The notes under the pieces: model-generated
Database searches by the model: none
What the model was told of the DNA's origin: nothing
Seen by the model: only the letters and a program-made list of their open reading frames with translations
Position numbers and translations under genes: made by a program
Source: Rubripirellula sp.
GTDB taxonomy: Bacteria; Planctomycetota; Planctomycetia; Pirellulales; Pirellulaceae
DNA length: 64,000 nt
NCBI GenBank assembly: GCA_965216875.1
Contig: OZ244207.1
Location: 5,888,001-5,952,000, forward strand
Direction of reading: 5' to 3'
Shown: positions 47,159 to 57,236 of the stretch, piece by piece
Layout of the letters: every line of letters begins with the position of its first letter
Position numbering within the stretch: the stretch's first letter is position 1

Positions 47159-50134
47159 TCAATCGATGAAAACGAATTCGGAAAGGTTGAACAGCATCCG
47201 GCAAAGGTTTTGCATTCCATGACGCTTGGCATAGTCAACCAATTCGCCGCGTTCATCGTCCTCAGGCAATCGTCCGGCGACCCGTAGCATCGCGTGATCA
47301 ATCTGTTCTGCGAGCGATAGGCGATCGCGCGTTAAGTCTGCGGCGAAACGCTCAGCCATCACGAGGTTGAAGCGGTTGTTTAACAGCGAAAGCGCTTGCA
47401 ACGATGTGAGCGTTTCATTGCGGCGCGGCGTGCTCTGTGACGAATCAGCGCAATCGAGCGTTGTCATGAACGGGTCGGGTTGCGAGCGAACCACAAATCG
47501 ATAAATCGACCGCCGGTGGCTCGCTTCATCGCGTGGATCAAACTTGTGGTACTCGTAGTGAGGCGAGTGTTCGGTCCGTTCCAATTCGAACAGATAGAAA
47601 CCCGGCCCACCCATCTGTTCGTTTAAGCTGCCGCTGACAGTCAAAATTGAGTCGCGAATCTCTTCGGCCGTCAGTCGGCGTCGGTTCATACGCCACAGGA
47701 ATTGGTTGCCAGCGTCGATCTTCGCATGATGTGAGTGACTCGCGGATGATTGTTTGTAGGTTTTGCTGGTGACGATCAAACGATGTAACGACTTGAGTGA
47801 TTGACCATTGTCGCGAAACTCGACCGCCAGCCAATCGAGCAGTTCGGGGTGCGTCGGTAACGATCCCATCCGCCCAAAGTCATTGGGCGTGTCGACGATA
47901 CCCGACCCGAAATGATTTTGCCAAACGCGATTAACAATCGAGCGCCAAACAAGCGGGTTCGCATCGTCGGTCAACCAACGCGCGAGTGCCGCGCGACGTT
48001 CGCTTTCGGTATCAACCGAAGCGAGTCGCCAATCGTTCTCGGCGTCTGTCGGTAAAACGCCGGCAGTCACTTCGTCCAACGGTTGAGTGATGTTGCCGCG
48101 GTGGAGAATTCGTACCGTTCGCGGTTTGCCGCCGGTCGGTTTGAAGTTACCTTGAGGTTTGAAGCTGGTTGCAGCAGCGTAAACCATTTTTCCGGCTGGC
48201 AGTCCGCTGAGCTCTTCTTCATGTTTTCGGATCTTTGCCTCGATGGCATCACGACGGCGGACCCAATCTTCGGTCTCGATGCGGGCCACAAGTGCACCGC
48301 GCTCGCGTTGCACACTGACCAGCGTCGTGGCGGCACCATGATCTTTGGGACGCGCAAAAAGGCCATCAACGAGGTTATTTCGGTGCCAACGCACGGGAGC
48401 TTGTATCGAATCGAGCGATGTCACCTTGGCGTTCTCGGCAGCGTTGCGACCGCCAGCATCAAGCACATGCAATTCAGCAAGTGCGAAGATAAAATCGTTG
48501 CTACGTGGCGCCAACTTGGTCGCGGTCACTCGAACGAAACGCGCCGTGGTCTCGTTCGTCTCAATCGTGACCGGCAGGTACCCAGGATTGGGCTGGTCGG
48601 AATCGGTTCGATCCTCGAGGATCGTCCACGTGGCCGTAGGCGTGGAAGGGTCGTCCGAAGTGGTTTCGATTTTGTAACGAACGGGGAACCCGAACCCGGC
48701 GCCGATGCCCGCGTATTCATCGTGGCAGGGAAAAAGAACGACCCTCGCGACATCGACCTGGCGGCCTAGATCGACCTGAACCCATTTTGTTGCGGCTTGC
48801 TCTTTGACGATTTCGCTGTGGTATCCGAAGGCCGGTTTCTTCTCGATGCCAACTTTCGGTTTCAGCTCTTTGATTTGTTCGTCTAGTTTGACCAATCTCT
48901 CGCCTGCCGCGTCACTTCGTTCCTTTTCAACCGCCTTCTTTTGCGTTCTCAAGTCGGTGAGTTGACTTTCCAGCTTCGCTTTTTGTTTGACGATTTTAGG
49001 ATCGAGATCATAAACGCGTTCGGCCCGATCGACGGCGGCGAAGATGGCTTGCAAACTGTAGTAGTGTTCCTGGGTGAAAGGATCGAACTTGTGATTGTGG
49101 CATCGAGCGCATTGAATGGTCACGCTGCAAAACGTATTGAGTGTGTTGGTCACCATTTCGTCGCGATCGAGATTGCGAGCCACTTTCCCGTCAATCTTTG
49201 ACTCGGGAACCTCGACATGACCAATGAAATCCCAAGGCCCCGCAGCGATGAAACCAAGTCCGATGATCCCGTCTCGCTCACCGGGAAACAGAACGTCACC
49301 TGCGATCTGTTCTTGGACAAACCTCGCGTACGGTTTGTCTTCGTTCAGCGAGCGAATCACATAATCACGATAGGGCCAAGCGTTTGGCCGAAGCTTGTCT
49401 TTGTCATAACCGCACGTGTCCGCGTACTTGACGACGTCCAACCAATGCCTGGCCCATCGCTCACCGTAACGGGGCGACTCAAGCAACCGATCGACCAACT
49501 TGTCGTAGGCGGCGTCACTTGAATCGTTAACAAAGGCATCAATCTCTGCTGGAGTTGGCGGCAGACCGGTCAAGTCGTAGGTCAATCGTCGTATCAGAGT
49601 ACGACGATCGGCTGGTCGCGAAGGGGCAAGGCCTTTCTCACGAAGCGTGGCCTGTATGAACGCGTCGATCGGATGATCTTCGCTGCCCGGGATCGCTGGT
49701 CGATTCATCGGCTTGAACGACCACCAGTCAAAGTCGCTTACGGTGGCTTCAATGCGAACGCCACTCGGCCATTCAGCGCCGGCGGCAATCCACTTTTCGA
49801 TGGCCGCCAACTGCGTCTGCGTTAGCGGAGTGCCCTCCTTTGGCATCGACGGTGGTTGATCGCCGTCGGATCGCAAGACATCCATGAGCGACGAATCCGA
49901 CTGACGCGGTTCAACGTGCCCGCTGTCAAAGAACGCTGCTTTCGCTTCGAGTGAAAACCCGCCTTCTTGATCGATCTCGTTGTGGCAGGCAACACAATGC
50001 TTCGAAAAGATCTCGGCGACCGGCGCAAACAGGTCGCTGTTGTTTTCGCTATTGTTTTCGTCGCCATAACCGGTCGCAGAACACACCGTCAGCGCAAAGA
50101 GGCACGTCAAAAGGCTGGCGTAAGCGAACTTCAT
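47159..50134 (-). CDS. DUF1549/DUF1553 (PSCyt2/PSD1) protein with planctomycete cytochrome c and discoidin-like insert
   Basis: CVACH; HPIDAFI; LIRRLTYDLTGLPP; GERWARHWLD; CARCHNHKFD; WVQVDLG; PTHPELLDWLA. Confidence 0.93.
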   Translation of the reverse strand: MKFAYASLLTCLFALTVCSATGYGDENNSENNSDLFAPVAEIFSKHCVACHNEIDQEGGFSLEAKAAFFDSGHVEPRQSDSSLMDVLRSDGDQPPSMPKEGTPLTQTQLAAIEKWIAAGAEWPSGVRIEATVSDFDWWSFKPMNRPAIPGSEDHPIDAFIQATLREKGLAPSRPADRRTLIRRLTYDLTGLPPTPAEIDAFVNDSSDAAYDKLVDRLLESPRYGERWARHWLDVVKYADTCGYDKDKLRPNAWPYRDYVIRSLNEDKPYARFVQEQIAGDVLFPGERDGIIGLGFIAAGPWDFIGHVEVPESKIDGKVARNLDRDEMVTNTLNTFCSVTIQCARCHNHKFDPFTQEHYYSLQAIFAAVDRAERVYDLDPKIVKQKAKLESQLTDLRTQKKAVEKERSDAAGERLVKLDEQIKELKPKVGIEKKPAFGYHSEIVKEQAATKWVQVDLGRQVDVARVVLFPCHDEYAGIGAGFGFPVRYKIETTSDDPSTPTATWTILEDRTDSDQPNPGYLPVTIETNETTARFVRVTATKLAPRSNDFIFALAELHVLDAGGRNAAENAKVTSLDSIQAPVRWHRNNLVDGLFARPKDHGAATTLVSVQRERGALVARIETEDWVRRRDAIEAKIRKHEEELSGLPAGKMVYAAATSFKPQGNFKPTGGKPRTVRILHRGNITQPLDEVTAGVLPTDAENDWRLASVDTESERRAALARWLTDDANPLVWRSIVNRVWQNHFGSGIVDTPNDFGRMGSLPTHPELLDWLAVEFRDNGQSLKSLHRLIVTSKTYKQSSASHSHHAKIDAGNQFLWRMNRRRLTAEEIRDSILTVSGSLNEQMGGPGFYLFELERTEHSPHYEYHKFDPRDEASHRRSIYRFVVRSQPDPFMTTLDCADSSQSTPRRNETLTSLQALSLLNNRFNLVMAERFAADLTRDRLSLAEQIDHAMLRVAGRLPEDDERGELVDYAKRHGMQNLCRMLFNLSEFVFID

Positions 50135-50258
50135 GGTGCTTGCGGAAGGAGGGGGAATTGCCCGCATGCAGGCTGGGTGGGAGATTACCGATTGTAGTAG
50201 GTCACGATGACGAAGTGGGCTCGTTCCACGCCATTCCTTTTCGAAAAGCTCACCCGAA

Positions 50259-50969
50259 ATGAGAATCCGCATTTTGCAGCATTCGGCCGCCGATGGCCCA
50301 GCGGCCGCCACCGATACCCTCGAGCGGATCGACGCGGAAGTGATCACGACTCGCGTCGACAAAGGCGATCCGATTCCCAAAGAGCCAGACGCCGACATGC
50401 TGATGCTGTTTGGTGGCGCGTGCTCGTTGACCGCGAGTGAACTTCCCGAGTGGGTCGCTCCTGAGCAGGAACTGATCCGCAAGTACGCCGATTCGGATCG
50501 CAAGGTATTTGGGATCTGCTTTGGCGCTCAGTTGGTCGCGTCCGCACTTGGCGCAGCGGTGCGTCGCAACGAACAACCCGAGATTGGTTGGCATCGCATT
50601 GAAAAAGTAGCCGGTTCCGCTTCTCCACTCATCGACGAAACGTTTGACGAGTCGACGACCGTGTTGCAATGGCACCAAGACACGTTTTCGATTCCCGACG
50701 GCGCGTCGCATCTTTTCCAATCGGATGCCTGTGTCCATCAAGCCTACGGAATCGATGACCGTGTGATTGGATTTCAGTTTCACCTCGAAGCCAACGAGCG
50801 CACCGTACGCCTGTTCCTCGCCGCATCAGAGAAGTGGAAACTCGAAGGCGAGCATGTTCAAACGCCCGATGAAATCATCGCGGGAATCGAAAAGCATTTG
50901 CAGAACCAGAACATGGTGTTGGAACGGTTCCTGGAGCGTTGGATTGGGCCCGTGAGCCGAACGCACTAG
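50259..50969 (+). CDS. Class I glutamine amidotransferase-like protein
   Basis: FGICFGAQL; EIGW; QWHQDTF; GFQFHLE (Cys-His-Glu triad). Confidence 0.9.
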   Translation: MRIRILQHSAADGPAAATDTLERIDAEVITTRVDKGDPIPKEPDADMLMLFGGACSLTASELPEWVAPEQELIRKYADSDRKVFGICFGAQLVASALGAAVRRNEQPEIGWHRIEKVAGSASPLIDETFDESTTVLQWHQDTFSIPDGASHLFQSDACVHQAYGIDDRVIGFQFHLEANERTVRLFLAASEKWKLEGEHVQTPDEIIAGIEKHLQNQNMVLERFLERWIGPVSRTH

Positions 50970-51200
50970 CGCGGGCAAGCAAAGATTCCGGCTAAAGCTC
51001 GGTACTACGAACCCCGTGAGCCGAACGCGCTAGCGTCGGGCCTTGCGATCTTCGACGCGTATGCGGCTGTCATGCGGAGCATGACCTACGAAGAGGACGC
51101 GGAGCGTCCGAAGAGGGCGTTACCACGCGGAGCGGGGTAACGAGGTGTGAGAGGGCGTTACCACGCGGAGCGGGGTAACGAGGTGCGATCACGGCTCACA
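50952..51200. repeat. Mosaic REP cluster between convergent genes
   Basis: GTGAGCCGAACGC(A/G)CTAGC twice; AAGATTCCGGCTAAAGCTCGGTACTACG; GTCATGCGGAGCATGACCTACG; tandem GAGGGCGTTACCACGCGGAGCGGGGTAACGAGGTG twice. Confidence 0.85.
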
Positions 51201-52370
51201 AATCTGGCTGCAGACCCACTGCATTCTCGGCAAATGAAATGGTCCTTTCCAAAGGTTGCCTTTGAGTCGACTACTGACGGAGCCGTCGCGATGAAGGTAA
51301 CCAAACCATTCGCCATGATGGGGGTCGGGGAAATGAGCGTAGGTCCAATCGTGAATTTGCTTGTGCCAATCGGCGTACTTTGAATCACCCGTCAATTCAT
51401 GAGCCAACAGGGTTGCGATGATCGTTTCGTTTTGAGGCCACCAAAACTTCATGTCATGCCAATACTCTTGCACCGGCCCGCCATGCAAATCGACAAAGTA
51501 GAGCATTCCGCCATGTTGTTTGTCCCATCCACGATGCCACATCCAGTCGAGCATTCGGCAGCCTAACTGAATCAGTTCCCGATCCTCGCGTCGCTTGCCT
51601 TCGTGCATGATGAACCACGCCCCTTCGATCGCGTGCCCCGGATTGAGCGTCCGACCGTCAAAGTGGTTGATCACTTGCCCATCGATGCCAACCGTTTCCA
51701 TCACACACTTCAGATCTGGCTTGATGTGAAACCTGCGAATCGCGTCGATGCTTTGATCGATCCAGTGATCGGCATCTTCGAGTCCGATCGATTGCCGCAA
51801 TTCTTGGGCTGTCACGATCGTGATCATCGGAAAGCCGATCCCACGTGTTGGTCTCACGTCGGTGAACTTGGGGCTGGGGTCTACGTCGTGAAGGTTGTGG
51901 TCGATGAATTGCTGAAAACAGCGTTTGGCAAGTTTGGCGTAGTGATCGTAACGCGCCGGATCGTCTTTCGAAGCAAGTGCCAACTCACCGAACGCGATCG
52001 CCGCAAAACTCTCGCTGAACGCGTACCTTCGCTTGCGAATCGGACGACCATCACGAGTCACGTGAAACCACATCCGGCCATCACTGGAATCGAAACAATG
52101 CTTTTCCAGAAAGTCGGCACCGTGACGCGCGAGCTCGAGCCATTGGTCGTTGGGATCGAGTTGGTTGTACAGCTCCGCCAAGAGCCAAGTGAATCTGCCC
52201 TGTTGCCAAACACCTTTGTCGGTGTCAACGACTGTCCCATCCTGGTCCAGAGCCATCATGAACCCGCCCTGCTGGCGATCGACACAATGAGAAATCCAGA
52301 AGGGCAACGTGTCTTGCAGAAGACCGCCACGATAGATCTCAAATAGCTCTTTGCGTCGCGCGGCGTCCAT
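51189..52370 (-). CDS. AGE family N-acylglucosamine 2-epimerase
   Basis: DKGVWQQGR; FSESFAAIA; NPGHAIEGAWF; KFWWPQNE; GEWFGYL; KGPFHLPR. Confidence 0.9.
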   Translation of the reverse strand: MDAARRKELFEIYRGGLLQDTLPFWISHCVDRQQGGFMMALDQDGTVVDTDKGVWQQGRFTWLLAELYNQLDPNDQWLELARHGADFLEKHCFDSSDGRMWFHVTRDGRPIRKRRYAFSESFAAIAFGELALASKDDPARYDHYAKLAKRCFQQFIDHNLHDVDPSPKFTDVRPTRGIGFPMITIVTAQELRQSIGLEDADHWIDQSIDAIRRFHIKPDLKCVMETVGIDGQVINHFDGRTLNPGHAIEGAWFIMHEGKRREDRELIQLGCRMLDWMWHRGWDKQHGGMLYFVDLHGGPVQEYWHDMKFWWPQNETIIATLLAHELTGDSKYADWHKQIHDWTYAHFPDPHHGEWFGYLHRDGSVSSRLKGNLWKGPFHLPRMQWVCSQICEP

Positions 52371-52373
52371 CGT

Positions 52374-54947
52374 TCACTTCATCGTGTAGATCGTCAGCCC
52401 GTCGAGGTCGCGTTGCGACGCAGGCAGCAGGTAACTGGCAACGTACCCAACCAAGAAACAGGTTGTGATACCGATGGTGGTGAACAGGTATCCCGAAACC
52501 ACTCGCGAGTACCAAAGTGCGATCATGATCGCCGCACCTGCAAGCGCCCCAACGAGCGCGCCGGGTCCACTGGCGTGCTTTGTCAAAGCGCCAAGCACAA
52601 ACAACCCGCCGAGCACACCCATAAAGACTCCGATCACCATCAAGAATTCGTCAAACAACGACTTGATGTTGTCGTTCAAAAAAAGCAGCGCGATCAGCGT
52701 CCCGGCCACGCCTATCGAAAAGGTGATCCAGCGTGCCGCCGAAAGGTAACCTGCTTCCGTACGACAAAGCTCAAGCGGTCGAAAAAAGTCCGTCACGATG
52801 GTCGTTGCCGTCGAGTTCATGCTTGTCGAAACGGTCGACTGGGCCGCGGCGAACACGCCTGCAACGATCAACCCTGCCAGCCCGATCGGCATTTCTCTAG
52901 CGATGAACAACGGAAAGACTTGGTCGGTCGTCATCGTTGGGTCGAGCCGTTCAGGATGCGACTTGTAAAACGCAAACAATCCCGCACCAATGCCGAAAAA
53001 CAGGATCGTTGCGGGAATGGTCAGGGCAGCGTTGGTCCAAATCGAACGGGCCGCGAGTTTTTGCGACGGCGTGGTCATGTATCGTTGCACGACCGCTTGG
53101 TCACCGGTGTAGGACGACAAGTTTTGCCCAATCCCCCCGATGATGATCACCCAAAGAGCAACTTGAGTGCTGGTGGCATCCCACCCAAAGTTTGCAATGC
53201 GAAACTTGTCGGCTTCGGATGCTGTCGCAACAAATCCGCTCGCCCCACCGTCGATTCCGGCGACCAAGACATAGATCGCCACACAGGCACCTCCCATCAA
53301 CACGAACGTTTGAATGGTGTCGGTCCAGATCACCGCTTCGATGCCGCCCATCGTGCAATAGACAATGCTCAGCACGCCCATCAACAAAACCGATTGCGTC
53401 GGCGTTAACGGCGTTGCGACCGCGATGGCAAGTCCTGTAAGTGACATCACGACTGCCATGCGAAAGATATGGAACAGCGTGAAGCTGACACTGCCAAACC
53501 AACGCACCATGCGATTGAAGCGCTTTTCGAGGTATTCGTAGGCGCTCGTCGCATCGATCCTTCGGTAGAACGGCAACGCGACATAAACCGCGACGATCGC
53601 GACAACGGGAATCATGAAGTTGCCAACGGCGTAAACACAATCTTGGGCGTACGATTTTGAGGGGACTCCGGTGTAGGTCAGTGAACTGAGCATCGTCGCG
53701 AAAATGCTGCATCCGGCAGCCCACCATGGGATCGCTTTGCCGCCCCGAAAGTAATCGTTCGTGTCTTTGTTCTTGCCGGCGAAGTAGATTCCGACGGCAA
53801 CGATGGCCAATAGGTAGACGACCAACACCACGTAGTTGACCGTTCCAAACTCGGACTTGGTTGACCGCGGAGTGACTTTCCAAACCTTGGGCGATCGGAC
53901 GCGCGGACAGACTTCGCCACTCGGAATGATGATCGAATCGCCCCAGTCAACGGCAACGGTGGTGACGTGATTCCGCGGCGTCGGTCCAGCGTCGATCCAA
54001 GTATCAGTGATCGTGTGGTAGGAATATGCTCGCTTTGGAAAGCCGGGATGGTCATCGAGAAGGTCGTTTTCCTTTCCCCAAAACGAACCATCAGCGCCGC
54101 CGAGCACAAACAAATGACTTTGCCCGAAACCGATTCCGGTTCCTGCCATCACGCAGTGAGGGATCGCGGTTCGCTCGCGCCAAGACCTGGTTGCAGGGCA
54201 GTATTCCCAAACGTCCTTCAGAAACTCAGTCGCCTCACCCTCCTGTCGGCGCCCACTGATCACATAAAGACAGTCGTGAAAACCGTTGTGCTGCGCCGCC
54301 GCAATATGCAGCGCACGCGTCGGAGCCGGCATCGGGTCATGAACTTTCCATCCAAAATCCGATTCGCCTTCGGCTGAAAGATCAAGCGACCAAAGGTCCG
54401 AGGTCGCTGTATCGAGACCGTTTCCCGATTGCCCCGCGACCACGTAAAGGGTTGATCCAACAACGGCGGCCGACGTGAACGCGCACGGTTTTGGTAGGGG
54501 CGGTAATTGCTCGGTCGATACCTTGCCCGCGCCGTCATATTGCAGTCGATAGACGTCCTCGAAAGTGGTGGTCGAATCGTTGCCGCCAAGGCAGATCACG
54601 CCGCTCGGTGTCGAGACTGCGGCGCCATAGGCCGTTGGCCTGGGCAGCCTACCGACTTCACTCCACTCAAGCTCGCCTTGATCCCCGAGCGGCAAGACGT
54701 AGATGGCATCGTGCCACGCTTTGTCGTTTTCCCAAACCGGTTTGGCAAAGTTCGCACCACCGGCAACGATCAGCGCGTCGTTATGGATTCCCGCAAACGG
54801 ACCTGCAACTCCGAGTTCGCCCGGGATCGACGGCAACTCGCTCCATTCGAGCAAGTCGTCGGCCGAAGCGTTGTGTGATCTTGCGACACCGAGGAAACTC
54901 GCGAGCGCAACGCTGCAGAGCACAAGCCATTTACGAATACCAATCAT
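52374..54947 (-). CDS. Kelch/mutarotase-like beta-propeller fused to a sodium:solute symporter (SiaT-like)
   Basis: N-terminal GGANF, CLGGND, VLGG and [11 protein letters not shown]elch region. SSS motifs [51 protein letters not shown]. Confidence 0.9.
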   Translation of the reverse strand: MIGIRKWLVLCSVALASFLGVARSHNASADDLLEWSELPSIPGELGVAGPFAGIHNDALIVAGGANFAKPVWENDKAWHDAIYVLPLGDQGELEWSEVGRLPRPTAYGAAVSTPSGVICLGGNDSTTTFEDVYRLQYDGAGKVSTEQLPPLPKPCAFTSAAVVGSTLYVVAGQSGNGLDTATSDLWSLDLSAEGESDFGWKVHDPMPAPTRALHIAAAQHNGFHDCLYVISGRRQEGEATEFLKDVWEYCPATRSWRERTAIPHCVMAGTGIGFGQSHLFVLGGADGSFWGKENDLLDDHPGFPKRAYSYHTITDTWIDAGPTPRNHVTTVAVDWGDSIIIPSGEVCPRVRSPKVWKVTPRSTKSEFGTVNYVVLVVYLLAIVAVGIYFAGKNKDTNDYFRGGKAIPWWAAGCSIFATMLSSLTYTGVPSKSYAQDCVYAVGNFMIPVVAIVAVYVALPFYRRIDATSAYEYLEKRFNRMVRWFGSVSFTLFHIFRMAVVMSLTGLAIAVATPLTPTQSVLLMGVLSIVYCTMGGIEAVIWTDTIQTFVLMGGACVAIYVLVAGIDGGASGFVATASEADKFRIANFGWDATSTQVALWVIIIGGIGQNLSSYTGDQAVVQRYMTTPSQKLAARSIWTNAALTIPATILFFGIGAGLFAFYKSHPERLDPTMTTDQVFPLFIAREMPIGLAGLIVAGVFAAAQSTVSTSMNSTATTIVTDFFRPLELCRTEAGYLSAARWITFSIGVAGTLIALLFLNDNIKSLFDEFLMVIGVFMGVLGGLFVLGALTKHASGPGALVGALAGAAIMIALWYSRVVSGYLFTTIGITTCFLVGYVASYLLPASQRDLDGLTIYTMK

Positions 54948-55924
54948 CCGGTCGCCTCCGGACGTTTGTGGCCGCACCAGTCAAAGAATCCAATCGCGTC
55001 AAGTCTTTTCGCAAGCTCGTCGACTTGAGTCACCGACATCGATGGCAGCGGCTTGCGACACGGTCCGACCTGCATTCCTAGCCACTGCATCACCTGCTTG
55101 AGCGCCGCGTGGAATCCGAACGGCTTCATTTCTTCGATCATGCGGACCGACTTGAGCTGAAACTCGCGAGCGGTTTCCAGTTCACCTTGATCAAAGGCGG
55201 TCATCACACGGTGATAGAGTGGCGCGGCGATGTTGTAGGTGCTTCCAACCGCGCCCCGAGCTCCCGTCGCCAACGCGCCCAACAGCATTTCGTCGCACCC
55301 CCAAAGAATGTCGAACCTACCACCGTCGACTTGTTGGCAACTTTGGAATTCGTGCAACAACGTCGTCGTGTATTTCATTCCGACCAAGTTGCCGATCGTT
55401 TCACCGCCGCGATGGAGAAAGTCTTGCACATCGACTTGAGAACCGGTCAGCGCCGGGATGTGGTAGTAGTAAAACGGCAGTTCGGGTGCGCCACCGGCGA
55501 CATCGGCCATGCAGGCAACGAGCGACTCGGAGTCTGAGATTTTGAAGTATGACGGGCATGTCGCCGAAATCACGTCGGCACCCACTTGCGCGGCGTGTGC
55601 AGCCAACCCACGCGCTTCGGCAAGGCTGTTGTGCCCGACTTGAACGATCACCGGCACGCGACCAGCAACGACATCGACCGTCTCGTTGACGACGTCGCGC
55701 CGCTCCGCGATTGTCAACGAAACACCTTCACCCGTGCTGCCACAGACATAAAGTCCCCGAACGCCTGAGCCAAGCAACTGGTCGACCATCGGACCAATCG
55801 CCTCGAGGTTGGCGGCTCCGTCATCGCCCAGCGGAGTCGCCATCGCTGCGATCAAACCGGTCAAGGGAGGGCTCGTCAGAGGAGGAGCGGCCTGGGCCGC
55901 GCCGGACGTTGGAGGGTGATTCAT
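54944..55924 (-). CDS. nanA: N-acetylneuraminate lyase (DHDPS family)
   Basis: [31 protein letters not shown]. Adjacent to SSS transporter and AGE epimerase genes. Confidence 0.82.
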   Translation of the reverse strand: MNHPPTSGAAQAAPPLTSPPLTGLIAAMATPLGDDGAANLEAIGPMVDQLLGSGVRGLYVCGSTGEGVSLTIAERRDVVNETVDVVAGRVPVIVQVGHNSLAEARGLAAHAAQVGADVISATCPSYFKISDSESLVACMADVAGGAPELPFYYYHIPALTGSQVDVQDFLHRGGETIGNLVGMKYTTTLLHEFQSCQQVDGGRFDILWGCDEMLLGALATGARGAVGSTYNIAAPLYHRVMTAFDQGELETAREFQLKSVRMIEEMKPFGFHAALKQVMQWLGMQVGPCRKPLPSMSVTQVDELAKRLDAIGFFDWCGHKRPEATG

Positions 55925-56066
55925 GGAGTCGAAAAGGTGGGCGGCGGTTGGGGAGGGACAGCGCGAACGCTGCGTTTTACCGTTCAAATCGAGCAGACTC
56001 TTGGTGAGTTCGTCTCGGTATCGTACAACATTGCTTACTCGCAAACTGACGCCGGAGACAAAGCGG

Positions 56067-56990
56067 ATGGCAAAAAGCCTGGAAGAACGACTGGGAAAGA
56101 TTCACCAGGGAGATTGCATCAAGGGTCTAAAAAAACTGCCTGATGCATCGGTCCAGCTTGCCTTTGCTGACCCGCCATTCAACATCGGTTACGAGTACGA
56201 CGAATACGACGATCGCCTCGAGTCGGAAAAGTACCTTGAGTGGTCGCGCAAGTGGATGGAACAGATTCACCGCGTGCTCGAACCAACCGGATCCTTTTGG
56301 TTGGCGATCGGCGACGAGTATGCCGCCGAACTGAAGATCGAAGCTCAGAAGCTTGGTTTCCATACGCGCAATTGGGTCGTTTGGTACTACACCTTTGGTG
56401 TCCACTGCAAATCAAAATTCACGCGGTCTCACGCACACCTTTTCTACTTCGTCAAAGACCCCAAGACCTTTACCTTCAACGCCCAAGCGGTCGCTGTGCC
56501 ATCGGCTCGGCAACTTGTGTACGGTGACAGTCGAGCCAATCCGAATGGCCGCACACCCGACGACACTTGGATCTTGCGGCCTCAAGACTGCGAAGGCTTC
56601 TCGTCCGAAGAGGACACGTGGTACTTCCCGCGTGTGGCTGGAACCTTTAAAGAGCGCGCCGGTTTCCACGGTTGCCAAATGCCCGAACAACTGTTGGGAC
56701 GCATCATTCGCGCGTGCTCGAATGAAGACGACATCGTGATCGACCCGTTCTCGGGAAGCTCGACGACCGTGACGGTTGCCAAGAAACTTGGACGCCGATT
56801 CTTGGCGTACGAGTTGTCGAAGGAGTACGCTAAACTCGGCCGAAAACGATTGGCGGCCGCCGAGGTTGGCGACCGACTCGAAGGGGCTGAGGAACCCAAG
56901 GTCAGCGCCCCCGCGACCAAGAAAGGACGGACGCGAAAACCGAAGCCAAAGTCAAACAAAGACCAAGCCAAGTTTGACTTCGCAGGTTAA
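56067..56990 (+). CDS. Orphan N4/N6 DNA methyltransferase (beta class)
   Basis: Motif IV FADPPFN precedes motif [16 protein letters not shown]. No adjacent endonuclease gene. Confidence 0.9.
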   Translation: MAKSLEERLGKIHQGDCIKGLKKLPDASVQLAFADPPFNIGYEYDEYDDRLESEKYLEWSRKWMEQIHRVLEPTGSFWLAIGDEYAAELKIEAQKLGFHTRNWVVWYYTFGVHCKSKFTRSHAHLFYFVKDPKTFTFNAQAVAVPSARQLVYGDSRANPNGRTPDDTWILRPQDCEGFSSEEDTWYFPRVAGTFKERAGFHGCQMPEQLLGRIIRACSNEDDIVIDPFSGSSTTVTVAKKLGRRFLAYELSKEYAKLGRKRLAAAEVGDRLEGAEEPKVSAPATKKGRTRKPKPKSNKDQAKFDFAG

Positions 56991-57002
56991 AGCGAAGTGG
57001 AT

Positions 57003-57236
57003 CCAACCTCGTTACCACGCTCCGCGTGGTAACGCAATCTTCGGACGCTCCGCGTCCTCTTCGTAGGTCATGCTCCGCATGACAGACGCTCGCACACACG
57101 CAAAAAACCGTAAGGCCCGACGCGAGCGCGTGCCGCTCACACGTTTGTAGTACCGCCTTTAGGCGGAAGAGCCCGAAGATTCCGGCTAAAGCTCGGTACT
57201 ACGAACAGGCCCCGACGCTAGCGTGTGCGGCTCACA
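57003..57236. repeat. Mosaic REP cluster between convergent genes
   Basis: 57006-57084 is an inverted near-copy of 51067-51147. AAGATTCCGGCTAAAGCTCGGTACTACGAA at 57176. Two inverted GTGAGC(C/G)G-type modules. Confidence 0.85.

Noticed and set aside
52413..53883. Long overlapping ORFs (331 aa and 260 aa) over the symporter gene
   Set aside because: Typical shadow ORFs of GC-rich coding DNA, with no motifs.
55923..56990. Restriction-modification system
   Set aside because: No endonuclease gene is adjacent. The upstream in-frame extension overlapping the nanA ORF is probably not translated.
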